A DNA stretch of 64,000 nucleotides from Guillardia theta CCMP2712. Lineage: Eukaryota > Protista > Cryptophyta. The translations under genes and the position numbers were made by a program. The stretch covers positions 1,168,099 through 1,232,098 of the forward strand of contig NW_005434673.1 in the NCBI RefSeq assembly GCF_000315625.1, given 5' to 3'. Under the pieces are notes generated by a model, which ran no database searches, was not told the DNA's origin, and worked only from the letters and a program-made list of their open reading frames with translations. Shown here in pieces: positions 39,161 through 51,484 of this stretch. How positions within the stretch are numbered: position 1 is the first letter of the stretch; every line of letters starts with the position of its first letter.

Positions 39161-42100
39161 ATGCAGAATGGTACTATCGACCCTAGCTTCTCCAACAGCA
39201 TCTCAAACATGAGCATGAATCTGCCTCCAATGTCGTCGCAGGGGATGCCCACCAACCAGGCCGCCCATCAAAACATTAACAATCGGGACATGCAAGGCAT
39301 TTCTCCTGTGCAAGTTTCACGAAACGTACAGAGACAAGGAGATGCAGCCAATGCTCCTCCACATGGATCGTTCGGATTTGGAGCGGAAGGGATACCGACG
39401 ATCAGCCATGCAGGACATGGCATGAGCTTCGCTCTCCCATCTGTGACGAGTGAGAGCGTGGCAGCCCTCGCTGCTCAGGCTACCATGTTGGCAGCTCAGC
39501 TCCGAGAGTACGAGGCAAGAGCTGCTCTGGCTGCTCTACATGTCCTCCCCGGCTCCTCCCAGCAGGCAGAATGTCAACCTAACAATGCTGCTTACCCGGC
39601 TTCGCAGCAATATTCCAGTGCGATTGCACAGGAGAGCCGTGCTTGTCAGCTACCGCAGAACACCTTCCCCATGGCGCATGCTCATCGAGGACAAGTGGAT
39701 CCAGCAGGCAGGTCGAGTGGGGGGTTTCCTTCTTGGCAAGGTACGGCGAAAGCGGTTGTATGTCCTGCGGTGATCGGTAGTGCTTTTCGTTCAGGGTCAG
39801 GAGGGGGTGCGCCTGGTGTAAATATGATGGAGTTCGAGACTGCGGAGATGAAGATGGGAAAGCAGTCACTGGACATAAGAAAGAAGAATGACAGAGACAA
39901 AAAGCGGCGAAAGTGAGAAAATCCCGAACAAATCTCTGTTTCTGTATTCACCAGATTGCAGGCGAGGAAGGATAGGAGATTTGCTTCGGAAGGTTTTATA
40001 TCTTTTGCAATCTTTCTTATCGAGCACTGACAGATTCTCTACTTGTAGCTTGACTCGTGTTTGCCGCCGGTAGAGGGGACGAGACAAGTGATCTTTGATC
40101 TGCAAAGAAAGTATATGCCTTGACCAAATGATTGACCAGAGGTCGATCAACGAAGTTTTGAGGGATGCAACAGAAGCTGTACGACAGAACCGGGGAGGAG
40201 CCAAGGTACCAAAGACCTGTCTGAGAAAACATTTCCTTATCTCGACATGCTCAACAGGAAAAAGACAACTACATGTTTTTGAAGCCTGGTGCCTTACCTG
40301 CCGGTGTTATTCGCGACGGTCTACTGTCGATCAAGGTGATCTTGGGTGATGATCACTCGCCTTTACTATTGACATTGTTCCGAACTTGTCTGCCCCTACC
40401 ATGGTTGTTCTCTTCGTGGCCCTACTTTGCATTCTGAAATCTCTGTTTCACCTCCCCCTTCCTCACTTGGTGTCATCATCGTCCACCAACCTCCAACCGC
40501 TCTTCTGACTTGTGAGATCAGGAGACTGGAATCGCAATCATCGACAACAATTTCACCATCCTAAATGCTAACGAGGCTCTCCTCAGCCTCATCGGCTGCT
40601 CCTCGGAAGAAACCTGCGACTCCGCCATGCACAATTCACCAGCCAACCAGCAGCAGCCACAAGTGGGTGTTGTCGGGAATTCAATCCACTCTTTCGTTCA
40701 TCATAGGTACGTATGCATGTTGCGGCTCGCCTTCCATCGTTGTCAGGAGATGAATTTGTTTACAGCGATGTACATTATCTACAGCTAGCGATCCAGCATG
40801 TGACAGAAGCTACTTACTTGAATGAGGGACTGAGAAGGTGGGGGGGGAGCGCGTGCCGGTCATGTACTGACAGGAGGAGGAAGATACGTGATCTCCCTCC
40901 GATTTCAGAAACGAGCGACGGGCTGCTGCCAGGCAGACAAACTGAAAGAGAGCAATCGGAACATTTCGAGCAAGCAAACCAAGATCTACGAACTGCGACC
41001 TGTCGAGGTTTCCGTTGGTTTCTGACGAGGAGGTCGCACTCACGCATGTGTTGTTTCAACTGCACTGGCAGATTGTCCCGTGTGGAGGGCCCTTGTTTGG
41101 TCGGAACTTTGTGATGTTTGTACTTCCAGTGGCAAAAGACAAGACGTGAGCGTTGAAGCTTTGTCGGTCCTCGCTCGGTGATGAGAGATGAATGCAGAGC
41201 GGACGACATCCTGGATGCCCTGGAACGATTAGCGTACAACATGGGTGAATTATGAACCTCGAAGCCGCAAGGTTGTGACGCTCGCCGGTGCGAACATGAC
41301 AGAGGTTGCGGACAAGTCGTTTCTGCCCCTGGAGATGGCAGATGAGGTGGGAAAGTTTGGTGTTGCCGTCATTGTTACAAGCGTCTTGCTGTCGGGACGA
41401 GAGTGACGGTGGCGAGCAGGTCGATTTCAATGGGGCGCACAAAGTCTGCAAGATCCATGAGGACCTTGATCCTTTCCTCGTCCTCGTCCGGATGGCGGAA
41501 CAGGTTCTGCTGTTGTCTCGTTGCTCGTCAAGACTCTGAGAGCTGTAAAACTAGGACAACGAACTTCTCAATGTGTTCGAGTCGGAGCTTGAAGGGCATG
41601 ATCTGGTTGCTACCCCTCTTCCACTGATCGCCCTCCTTTCTCCTTGCCCTCTCTGCCGTCATTCTCGTCCTTCCCCTATCTCCTCTCGTAATCGCATCTT
41701 TCAGTTCTCTGCGAATCTCATGAAAGAGCTCCGACTGTGCGTGCCCAAACGGACACACTCGAGCGAAGTCTTCAGCGACGTCGTCTTGGAGGTGACACTC
41801 GGCATGGCGCAGCGATTAGGGGCCACTGACAGGACTCGAGGTCTCATCCTACGTGAAAGACAAAATCCAGACTCAAATTCGCCGGAAAGGGGACCAGATC
41901 TTGATCCAAACCTTGATGGGGAGATGTGTGCTCTTTAGCGTTAACTTCGTCAAAGTCGGAGACGAAGTTCTTGTCAGGCCGCTCCACACCTTCACCGACA
42001 TGTCTGAGGCCAAGTAGTCCTGCCATTGCTCCCCTCCCTCCGATCTAACGGCTCGCTCTCCAGGCTCAGCAACAACATGCATAACCAGCTGGGTTCGCCG

Positions 42101-42347
42101 GGACGTGTGAGGCTGCTTGCGACCGGAGAGGTGTGGATCTCAGTGAACAGCGCGCTTCCTATCTCTACGCCTGGGCTAAACATGTGAGTAGTGGAGTAGG
42201 GAAGAGAGAATGAGGAGGTCTGGCTGACGGGGATGTAGAGCATGGATCAGCATGAACGGCATCATCTCGCGGGCTGGAAATGATCTGATCTCGATAAGGA
42301 GATATCCTATCTACAACAATGAGACATTCTCTCAGAGCAGAACGTGA
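39161..42347 (+). CDS. bHLH-PAS-like transcription factor (spliced; the true start may be upstream)
   Basis: Low-complexity N-terminus; basic/HLH region KKNDRDKKRRKLQARKIGDLLRKLDSCLPP...RSINEVLRDATEAVRQ; PAS-like GIAIIDNNFTILNANEALLSLIG...VVGNSIHSFVHH.D; last exon ends FSQSRT*. Confidence 0.6.
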
Positions 42348-42939
42348 AATTCAATCTGATGTGTTTCTCCTCTGACTGCAGTACAGGTATCGGCGATCTG
42401 CAAAGCCTGGTAACGAAACCACAGCATCTCTCCTCCTCCCGTTCCTCTCACTCCTCGCACTTCGCTTCATTTTCGGTTCCTTCTCGCTCATCTCTGCTCA
42501 GAGCAAGTCGCCCTTGGAAACTGCGAGTCGATCTGCCACCTCCTGTCGCTCTACAAGGCCTGGGTTTATCACCGCCCCCTCGCTCCTTACGATCTTCCCT
42601 CTCCGGTACGCTCTCGCGCCCTCCGCTCCTCCCTGATAAGTCTCCAGGCGGACAATAGTGAGAACTTGAGCCGGCAGAACAGCTGGGGGTCCTTGTCGGA
42701 CCTGCTCTCATGGCCGCAGAGCGCGCATGGTTCGTTTGTGAACAAAGAATGACGAAGGTGAAGGAGTAGAGTGAAACAAGATGAACATATATATGAAGTG
42801 ATTCCCTGAGCGTTCGCCGTGTTTTCATGCTTTTTTCTCCTCCGACTGCTGCGGAAGAAGGGAGGTCGCATTTTGAGCACACGGCGCAAGCAACGACACT
42901 TTAAGTTGATAGGAAGTAGATTAGAACGGATGAAGTCTC

Positions 42940-44240
42940 TCAGACAAACTCTCTCTGTGACACAGGAGAGGCGTCGCCAAGGAGGTCGTGAGCCCCGAGC
43001 AGCATGAAGCCAACAACAGCCTTGCCGATGACATCCAAGATGCAGTACATGGTGACCTGAAAACATCGTTAAGGAAGATGGAGGCGAGAGATGTAACCAG
43101 ACCTCGAAGGAGACAGAGAAGTTGCCAAAGCCTTCGGAGAAGAGCCAGACAAGAGGGTAGCAAGCAAAAACACCAATGGTGGTCCAGGCCATCTTGGAGT
43201 ACAACTTGGCGAGCTCCTCGCTCTTGCTCTTGCTCGCGTTGTCGTAGGTGCGAGCGAAGTTGAAGATGGCAGCAGCCAGTCCGAAGAGGGAGATCAAGAA
43301 CCACACCCACTTCACTTCCTGAGCGACGGAGATCGATCCCATGTAGGTTGCAGCAACCCACACGACTGTCAACACCAGTCAGCAGCGAGCTGATCAAAAG
43401 CAACGAGTTTGCAAAGAGCATGGTGGACAAGCAACAAGCCATGAGATGAACATCATCGCTCCAAGAGAGGGAGGACATGTGGAGCATCAAACATGCTCTC
43501 TGCTCACCCTGCCCAGCAACAGCATATGCCATGTCGGTGAAATCAGCTCCAGCAACGAGGCCGAGCCAGATGGCGATAACAGGAGCAGTGACAATCCAGT
43601 CGATGTACCTGAACAATGAGCGTCACCACATGCATCGCCTTGTCTCATCTCATACCTGGCGTAGAAGAATTGACGGCATCCATCAGTGACAGTCCAGCCC
43701 TGGCCAGAGAGCATGGCAAAGTCTGCCATGGCTGACCAGAAGCAGAAGAAGATTGCGCAGACATAGAACCTGATTGGAGCAAGGATCAGTTGAAGAACAT
43801 CAAGATGATAGTTCTTCCTCGTTACGAGTTTAGAACATGGTTTCATTCACACTCAGATCATGATAGCGAGATGTCTATGTACATGAGGCCAACAACGTAC
43901 ACAAAACTGACATGTGACACTTATGAAAGTGACAGGCATCATTGTAAAAATACACAAAGTTGCAAGAGATTTGACAGTGATAGGCGATACATCAAATGGT
44001 ATTCACATTTTCACACTATTTCATCACTTTCTGATCACGATGCAGAAACAAACTTTTTGCATTGTCAGCTTGCTTTGGGCCCTCCGTGACTCAACATCTT
44101 GTTTCTTACCTCTTCTGTTCGTGAGAGTTGTGCCCCTTGTAGGCGAAGACAGCAGCACTCACTCCGAGGATGAGGAACGTGATGGTCAGAGCGCCAACCC
44201 CCGTCGACCCGACCTCCTCGATCGTCGCGCACGCTGCCAT
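42940..44240 (-). CDS. Microbial (type 1) rhodopsin, cryptophyte GtR-like, 5 exons
   Basis: Seven TM helices; FAMLSGQGW...CRQFFYARYIDWIVTAP (helix C), YPLVWLFSEG (helix F), LDVIGK with the retinal-binding Lys (helix G). Confidence 0.93.
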
Positions 44241-44299
44241 GATCCCGAAATAGCTTGACTTGCTCTCCTCGCGCCCGAAATAGCCCAGACCGCGAAAGC

Positions 44300-44698
44300 T
44301 GGGTGACCGCTAAGTTCCACCCGCCGGCCTGCCCGGGCCGCCGCCGGCCAGCCCGCCGGCCCGGGGCGGGCGTGACTCGTGACGTGACCTCTGGGTGACC
44401 TGGGGCGGGGTGACCGGATTCCGAAGTTCAGGAGGCTGGGCTCAGCGTACGGTCCGGGACTACACGAAACCAGAATTGAGCCTGGAGGACATGAGAGGTA
44501 GACTGTATGTTAGGATTTGAAACCCAAGCCGCCCCGATCGGACAATGGCGATGAGGAGACCTTAGCAAGACGGCTAGCCTATTAGGAAGGCCCCCCGGTG
44601 CTGAGTCATCCCACATGCTACTACATGGCTGCCTCAGTGCCCGGCAATGGAAAAATTCACTCGCCCGGCCGGCGCGCCGCGGCGTCGGGCGCGCCGCC
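44300..44698. repeat. GC-rich island, left part (interrupted by the LTR element)
   Basis: Continues at 53175 after the CCGCC target-site duplication. Confidence 0.55.
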
Positions 44699-45188
44699 TG
44701 TAAGAACTCAGGTTCTGACAAACCTCTCAGAAGTTCTTTAAGACGCGATAAGTTCAAGGGATGCGTCTAATCAGGTTGTGAACCAAGTGAAGCCTGCAGG
44801 TCCAAGCTAGTGGGCTGGAGCTTAGTCTGTGACTTAGAAGATCCGGTTGGTTGGAGCCTGGGGAAGCTGAGGCGGCGCCGGAGGAATCAAGAGGCGCCGG
44901 ATGTCGAAGAGGCAGCACTCGTACAGTGGTGGAAGTAAGGCGGTGGTGTGTGAAGGGAAGCTGTTTGGTTGGTCTTGCTGCTACGAGTGTTGGGAATAAA
45001 GTGCTGGGGATTGTTGGGAAGTTGATCTGAGTTATCTGAGGTGTTTGGTTGGCTGTGAAAGTCATTGGTGTCTTCGTGCGCACATCATCTGTGAGTCTTG
45101 GTCTTTGGACTTATCAGTCAGCTGTTGAGCTGTTCTACTAGTCATTCATCTGTGCACAGACTCTAGGAGTCAGGAATTGATTCCAATA
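44699..45188 (+). repeat. 5' LTR (TG...TA)
   Basis: Matches 52685-53174 with 3 substitutions noticed by eye. Confidence 0.95.
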
Positions 45189-45399
45189 CAAAAAGAAAAT
45201 TTTCTTTTTGTATTCACGAACAAAGGAATACAAAAAGACTCTACGATAAGATTCCAAGGACAGCCGAGTTTAAGGGCTCTTGGTCTTTGTGCGTCGAATT
45301 GACAACGAGTTTGAAGGCTCTTTAAGGCTCCTGGGTGTTGTACTGTACGCTGTTACTCATTTTTTTTGGAACGGTATTGGTAACTCCAAGTTGACGATC

Positions 45400-48300
45400 A
45401 TGAGCATGCCAGATCTGCAAGAGGAGTTGAAACGAAGCCATGGTGATGTTCAGGTCGACAAGCTGAAGCATGGGAAGGTTACCTCCAAGGAAAAACTCGA
45501 GGACCTGTTCCTTCCTTTCTCAGGTGCCATGAGTCGTTTTCGTCCGAATCTTGGGGCTTGTTTCTTAAAACTGTTGGACTTGTTTCCGATTGACGAGACT
45601 GGATCGTTTGTTGGAGAATTTCATGAAATGTGGGAGTCGTCTCCAGAAGGTCTAGAAAAATTCTCTTCGCTGGAGTGGAAGATTCAGGTCACGGCGTTGT
45701 TTCTGCATGCTGGGTACATTTGGAAGAATGGGAAGAAATTCAAGGATGCTCTTGAGAAGTTTAAGAAGTTGCGAGGAAAATTCGAGGAGGCAATCGCAGC
45801 CAGCGAGGATGTGATTGATGGTGCTTCAGAGGATGGAGAGATGGGTAATCCACTCGATACATCTGTGGTTTTCTCTCCACACAAGTACCAAATATCACCG
45901 AGGTTGTTCAGATCCTCAGCTGATCGACAGGAGGTGGAAGTCTTATTTGAAGATATTGCTGAGAGTGGCAGATGTCAGGAGGAGGCAACTATCCTTTGGC
46001 ATTCTTCAAAACTTTGGCACTGGTACGCTGGAATGTAAAGCAACGAAGTGGAGCTGAGCTTATCGAGCTTACTGAGGACGAAGGGAGAGATCAGCTCAGA
46101 GCGCTAGCGAAACAGCCACTTGAGTCTGAAGAAGCCTTCTGGAGGAACGTGGACAAAATCAAGCTACTGTTTAAGAATCTCAAGGATAGTATTCAAGGTG
46201 TTGTGGGGGCACACCAAAGGATGGGGCCGTTAGAGATCCAGATCGCTGAACTCTTGCATGCCAGGTGTAAAGAATCGACTTGTGAATCGTTGCAGTCATT
46301 GGCATTGAATAGAGAATTGCGAAATTGGAAGAAGAGTAATATGAGACCAGAAAAGATTTCTCTCGACGAAATATTCCACTGGGGGCGCATCTTAAAAACT
46401 AGAAGCAAGACGACTACGACCGTGACGCCCGCGATGGATGCGAAGGGAGACGTGTCAGTGGTGAATATCACTGTGGCAAGTGAACCGATGGTACCGAATG
46501 AACCGCAGGCTGTCGGAGAAGTTGCAGTGGGCAAGAAGAGATCCTCGGGGTCAGGCGAAAATAGTGGTCAAGCGGATTCGGGAGAGAATTCTCACGTCGA
46601 TCCCAAATGGTATGGTAATTACCCAGTTCGTGGGAGTATACCTCCATCATATCCCCAAGGTATCATGTTTCCCAGCCAAGACCCGTTTTTCAATTTCTAT
46701 GCTCAAGGTCAACCCTCTATGTATCCATTTCCTATCCAAGGTCCGGTCGGGAACGTCCCAACGTTTTACCAGGCTTCTGGTCAAGCTCCTTCAGGACCTG
46801 GTAGGGCGGGACAAGATCAGGCGGCGTTTGACCCTAGCTCATACCGTGGTGGTTTCCCTGGCCGCGGAGGCGAGGGGGACGGCGGACCTAACCATACGGG
46901 TTACCGTGGCAGGGGAAGGCGGAATCAGGATGGGTACCATAATGGAGGGAGAGGAAGTTTCAAAGGAGGCTATGGTAGAGGTCAGGGTGGACAGAAAGGA
47001 CATGGAGGCAAAGGTTGGAAGGGTGGTCGAGGTCATGGAAATTTCAATCACAACCACAACTACAATAACAACAACTACAATCAAAATAATGGCAACTACA
47101 AAAATCAGCGGTTTAACCCTCGAGGGGTTGAAAGTGAACAACCGTCATCTGTCTTGCAGAATTTGTTGTCAGGGGGAGTTGTGGACGCTGAAACCACGCG
47201 CAAGATGGGGGAAGCGTTGATTCAGGCAGCTCAACGCATGGCAGCGAATGCTTCTTCAAGTTCACACAGTCACCAGCAGAAGGCTGACGCAGACGGCCAG
47301 CGGAATGAGTCAGAAAAGAAATCTTCTGTTCCTGCAAATCCATTTGAACGCTCATCGGCCCAGAATGCAACGGAATCTGCATCACAGGCTAATCGAAGGC
47401 AAGGAGCGTGGAAAGCAAATTTCACATTTGGTCTCGACTCCACGTCTACCATCGAGGAATTGCAGGAAATTGCATTGCAGGTAAAGGAGAAAGAAGGAGC
47501 TGGAGGCCATACGTTCTTGCTGGACTCTGGTGCTAATATCTCCATGGTCAAGGAAGAGTCTATGTTGTTTGATGTCCAAGCTGGACCTGAATTTCAGGTG
47601 CTTACCGCTGGAGGTACTGTCGTCTGTGATAAGGTTGGAAAATTACGACTGCAACTGGTTTGTCCAACAACTAACACCTGTCTGGACGAGATTATTGTCA
47701 ACGTTCGCGTATGCCCGCTAGTCCCAATATCGTTGCTTAGCTTGGATGATGTTCTTGGGACTGACTACCACATGTTATCACGGGGCTCCAGGAGTGCCCT
47801 AAAGTCTTACATTTGCTCAGAAGATGGTGCATTGAAAATCGATGTATTCCAACGAGATAGGTTGTACTTTTTGCAGACGGTTCTCATGGGAGATGGGAAG
47901 ATTAGTGTGGCGTGCAACAGTACAACCTCTTGCGCTGGTACGAGCAATGGTGATAATTACAGTGGGGGTCCATCAAGTTTAGTGACTCTCAAGCCAGAGG
48001 AGAACATGTGTGAGCAGTCCCGATTGTCAGCTGCGACAGAATCGGCCATCTGGCACCTTCGGCTCGGACATCTGGAAGCAAAGATTCAAAAATTACTAGC
48101 CGATTCGGTGAAGTATATCACGTGACAGCTCTCGTCCTAAGGTACAGAAGATTGTATCTGACAACGGTTCAGAATTCAGCTCTGTGGAGCTGGAGAGCTT
48201 TTTCGTTGATCATGGGATACGACATGACAAAACTCCAGAGTACTCTCAGGTCTACAATGCGTTCGCTGAACGTGGAATCAGAAGCGTAATGTCCATTCAT

Positions 48301-51300
48301 CGGACGTTACTACGTCAGAGCGGGGTACCCCGGAGCAAATGGGAATATTCCGTACAGCAGGCAGTTTTACTGTACAACATTCTGCCTAGTGGACGAAATC
48401 TAGGGTATTCCTCACCATACTTGATATATACAACCGAGCAGTTTGACTATCGCAAGCTCAAGGTTTTTGGGTGCAGCACCTTCTTCAAGAATGAACTACG
48501 CACGTCAAAGGTGGATGATCCAGCAATTCATGGTTTAAATCTGGGAAACGCGTGCGCTTTCTCTGGATATAAGGTGGGGTATTTGGTTTGGGATATCGAG
48601 CATGATAGAATCGTCCATACGAATAATCTTACGTTTGACGAGCTGTATTTTCCATTACGTTGCCGACGTTTTCAGGCATCTAATGTGGAGGATGAATTGT
48701 TGAAGGAACTAGTACCTTGTGCACCAGTGGCATCTGACGACGACGAAGACTCCTCGGAAAATGCGAGTGAAACAGAATTGCAAATTCCTGAGGAAGTTGC
48801 AACGTCTGGCAGGAAGCGACACTGTCAGAGAGGCTCTGGTCCTGACGCAAGTGAAGTTTCCGCGAGCAAGCGCCTCCAATTGGAATTTCCACCTTCCTCG
48901 GTCCAAGGCCTGACATCTGGAGATCAACGGGAGGATACAGGAGAGCTTCGGTTGAGGGATGATACCGAATATGTGCCTGACGGTGCAATGTCTCCAGTTC
49001 CTCCAGCAGGCAGAAGAACACGGAGGGATTTCAAGGCGGAGCGAGGGGTCTTGGAAAGCAAATATGTCAATCGAGATGTCGAAGTTCTTGTAAATGGTCA
49101 AGTAGAGCAAGGCAAAATTTTGCAGATGGTTTTCAAGGAGGGAAAGTTTCTCGCGCGGATTGTTTTCCCAACTCTCGACAATTACTGGGTGTTACGGTCT
49201 GTCACTGATCCTGACATCAAGTTTTTGGAACAAACCGAACAGAAGGCAATGGTGGTGCTTACAAGTGGGGAGACAATATCAGAGGTCTGCATGTTAGCAG
49301 ATTATTACTCGTGCAGCTTTCCACCGAACGTCTTTGGTGATATGACCGACCATACCAAGGTTTTTAAACCCTGTCTTGATCGTGCAGCGGATGAGATCAA
49401 GGATGTTGTCGAAGCTACAGTTGGGGGTTCGCCTGAAGTGGTTGTACTTTCCCAGCACAAGAAATTTCCACAGTATCTGCAAGTTACACATATTGTGCAG
49501 GGGTCGACTGAATCTGAAGAGATCTTGTATGTTTGGGACAGGGGGGAAGACAGGACAAGCCTTCAGCCAGCATCCCAGCGTTTTGTTCCAGTATGGAGGG
49601 ATGAGATGTACAAAACTCGTTTACAGCATGTCGATCCTGTGTCATCTGCCCCACAGGTCAGTGCTAATGTGGACCCTACTTTCAGGGATACGCGTCTTCT
49701 TGTGGCGAATCTAGCGTTGGTCTCTCCCGTATGGGACGCGGTGGAGCTGGCGTCTGACCTGTTATCTCTGATGTCTTCCGACCGTGACAATCCAACTGCA
49801 ATGCCTGAGAATCAGGCAGATTACGCGATGACAGCGGCTTGCGATGCAGGAGATGTGGAGAACGAAAGTAGTTTTGACAAGTTACCAGATCCCAAGACAA
49901 GGTCAGAGATGTTACGTCGTCCGGATCGGCATCTTTGGGAGCAGGCTGAAAAGGAGGAAATTGCGAAGATCGAAAGTCGTGGGGTCTGGGAAGTTGTTAC
50001 GCGTGATCAGAAAAAACAGGGAGTCAAATCATTCTGTAATTGCTCGCGCCTTGTGGGTGTATGCTTCAAAACGAGACGTGAAGGGCAAGATCTTGAAACG
50101 AAAGGGGCGGCTAGTTATCATGGGCAACTTACTTCCTTCATCTGAAGAATTGTTTGCACCGACTACATCGTTGGACAATATCCGGCTCTTGCTGAGCATC
50201 GCGGCAGGCAACCGTTGGAGAATCACATTCAGGGATATCTCTGCTGCTTTCTTGTATGGTGACTTGGAGGTTCCTGTGTATTTGATTCCTCCAGATATCA
50301 TGAGTCTTCCTCCTGAGTGCCTCCTCAAAGTCTTGAAGTCGCTCTATGGACTTCGCATTGCACCAAGGAGATGGTATCTTAAGTTCACGCAGGTGTTGAA
50401 GACGGTGGGAGCAAGTGGGATAGGACATGATGAGATCATCTACCGATACTCCAACTGTGCGGGGGACGTCTTGCTTCTGACTGTCTTCGTGGATGACTTA
50501 CTCATTGTCTCTCAAACTGAAGCAATTAAGATTGAGTTTCTTGAGAAGCTCAACACAGTATTCGACTTTTCGGGGAGTGAGGCAACAGGTACCTTCTTGG
50601 GCATTAAAATAGAACAGAATGACGATCAGGGTCGGATAACTTTGTCACAACAGCATTTCATTGAAAAGATTGTTGAACGCTTTGAAATCGTTGCCAGAGG
50701 TGTCAAAACGGTATTACCTGGTCACTATCTCAAGACTTATCACTTGGAGGGTAAGTTGTTGAACAAGAAGGAAGTCCGCACTTATCAGAGTCTTCTGGGG
50801 TCCATTCTCTACGTGGCAAATTGTACGAGGGTTGATATCGCATTCGCGACGAGCGTCCTTAGTCGCTTTGCTCGGGCTCCTAGGCAGTGCGATATGGATG
50901 CCTTAATTCATCTTCTACAGTACCTTTACACTACTCGGGAGGTTCAGATCGTATACCATTGTCACGGAGTATCTTACCACCAGGAGTGTTTTGTCAATGA
51001 GATGATTGCATTCAGTGATGCTGGTTGGGGTACCGAGATTATTACGAGACGGAGTCAAAGCGGATATGGAATCGTTCTGAATGGTGGGGTAGTCGTCTTC
51101 GGTTCAAAAATGCAGAAGGTTGTTGCCCTGAGTTCTTCAGAAGCTGAAATTTATGCTGCCACCACATGCGCGAAACTAGTCAAGCTTTATAGAAATCTCT
51201 TGGGTCAGATGGGATTTACGCAGACTCGTCCTACTCTCTTGCTAATCGACAATGAACCATGTCTGAGGCTTTTGTGGGACAAGCGAAGTTATAGTCGACT

Positions 51301-51484
51301 CAAACACATTGATATTCGAACGAAGTATGCTGTTGATTTGGTAGAAAAGGACGAGCTCTATCCAGAAAAGATTCATACTTCTTATCAGCCTGGTGATTTG
51401 CTGACGAAAGTTCTGCCTTTGAATCGGTGGAGGCTCCTTGGTGAATTTCTCTTCGGAGACCCCTTACCGGATATGCTGCTCTGA
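45400..51484 (+). pseudogene. Copia gag-pol, disrupted
   Basis: Gag from 45400 with a frameshift near 46030; protease FLLDSGAN; GAG-pre-integrase WHLRLGH followed by a stop/deletion near 48120; integrase SDNGSEF...NAFAER; frameshift near 50030; RT DISAAFLYG, SLYGL, VFVDD; RNase H FSDAGW, SSSEAE, KHIDIR, GDLLTK. Confidence 0.9.

Noticed and set aside
42940-44240. Channelrhodopsin (ACR/BCCR) or enzyme-rhodopsin assignment
   Set aside because: The protein ends right after helix G with no cytoplasmic extension or fused enzyme, and the sequence resembles GtR-type pump/sensory rhodopsins
44428-45083. Duplicated ORFs MRTKTPMTF... and MNLSRLKELL... (also 52204-53069)
   Set aside because: Antisense translations of the two LTR copies, not duplicated genes
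45972-46038. Programmed ribosomal frameshift in gag
   Set aside because: No clear slippery site, it lies mid-gag, and the element has other lesions; a mutation is more likely unless it is conserved in other copies
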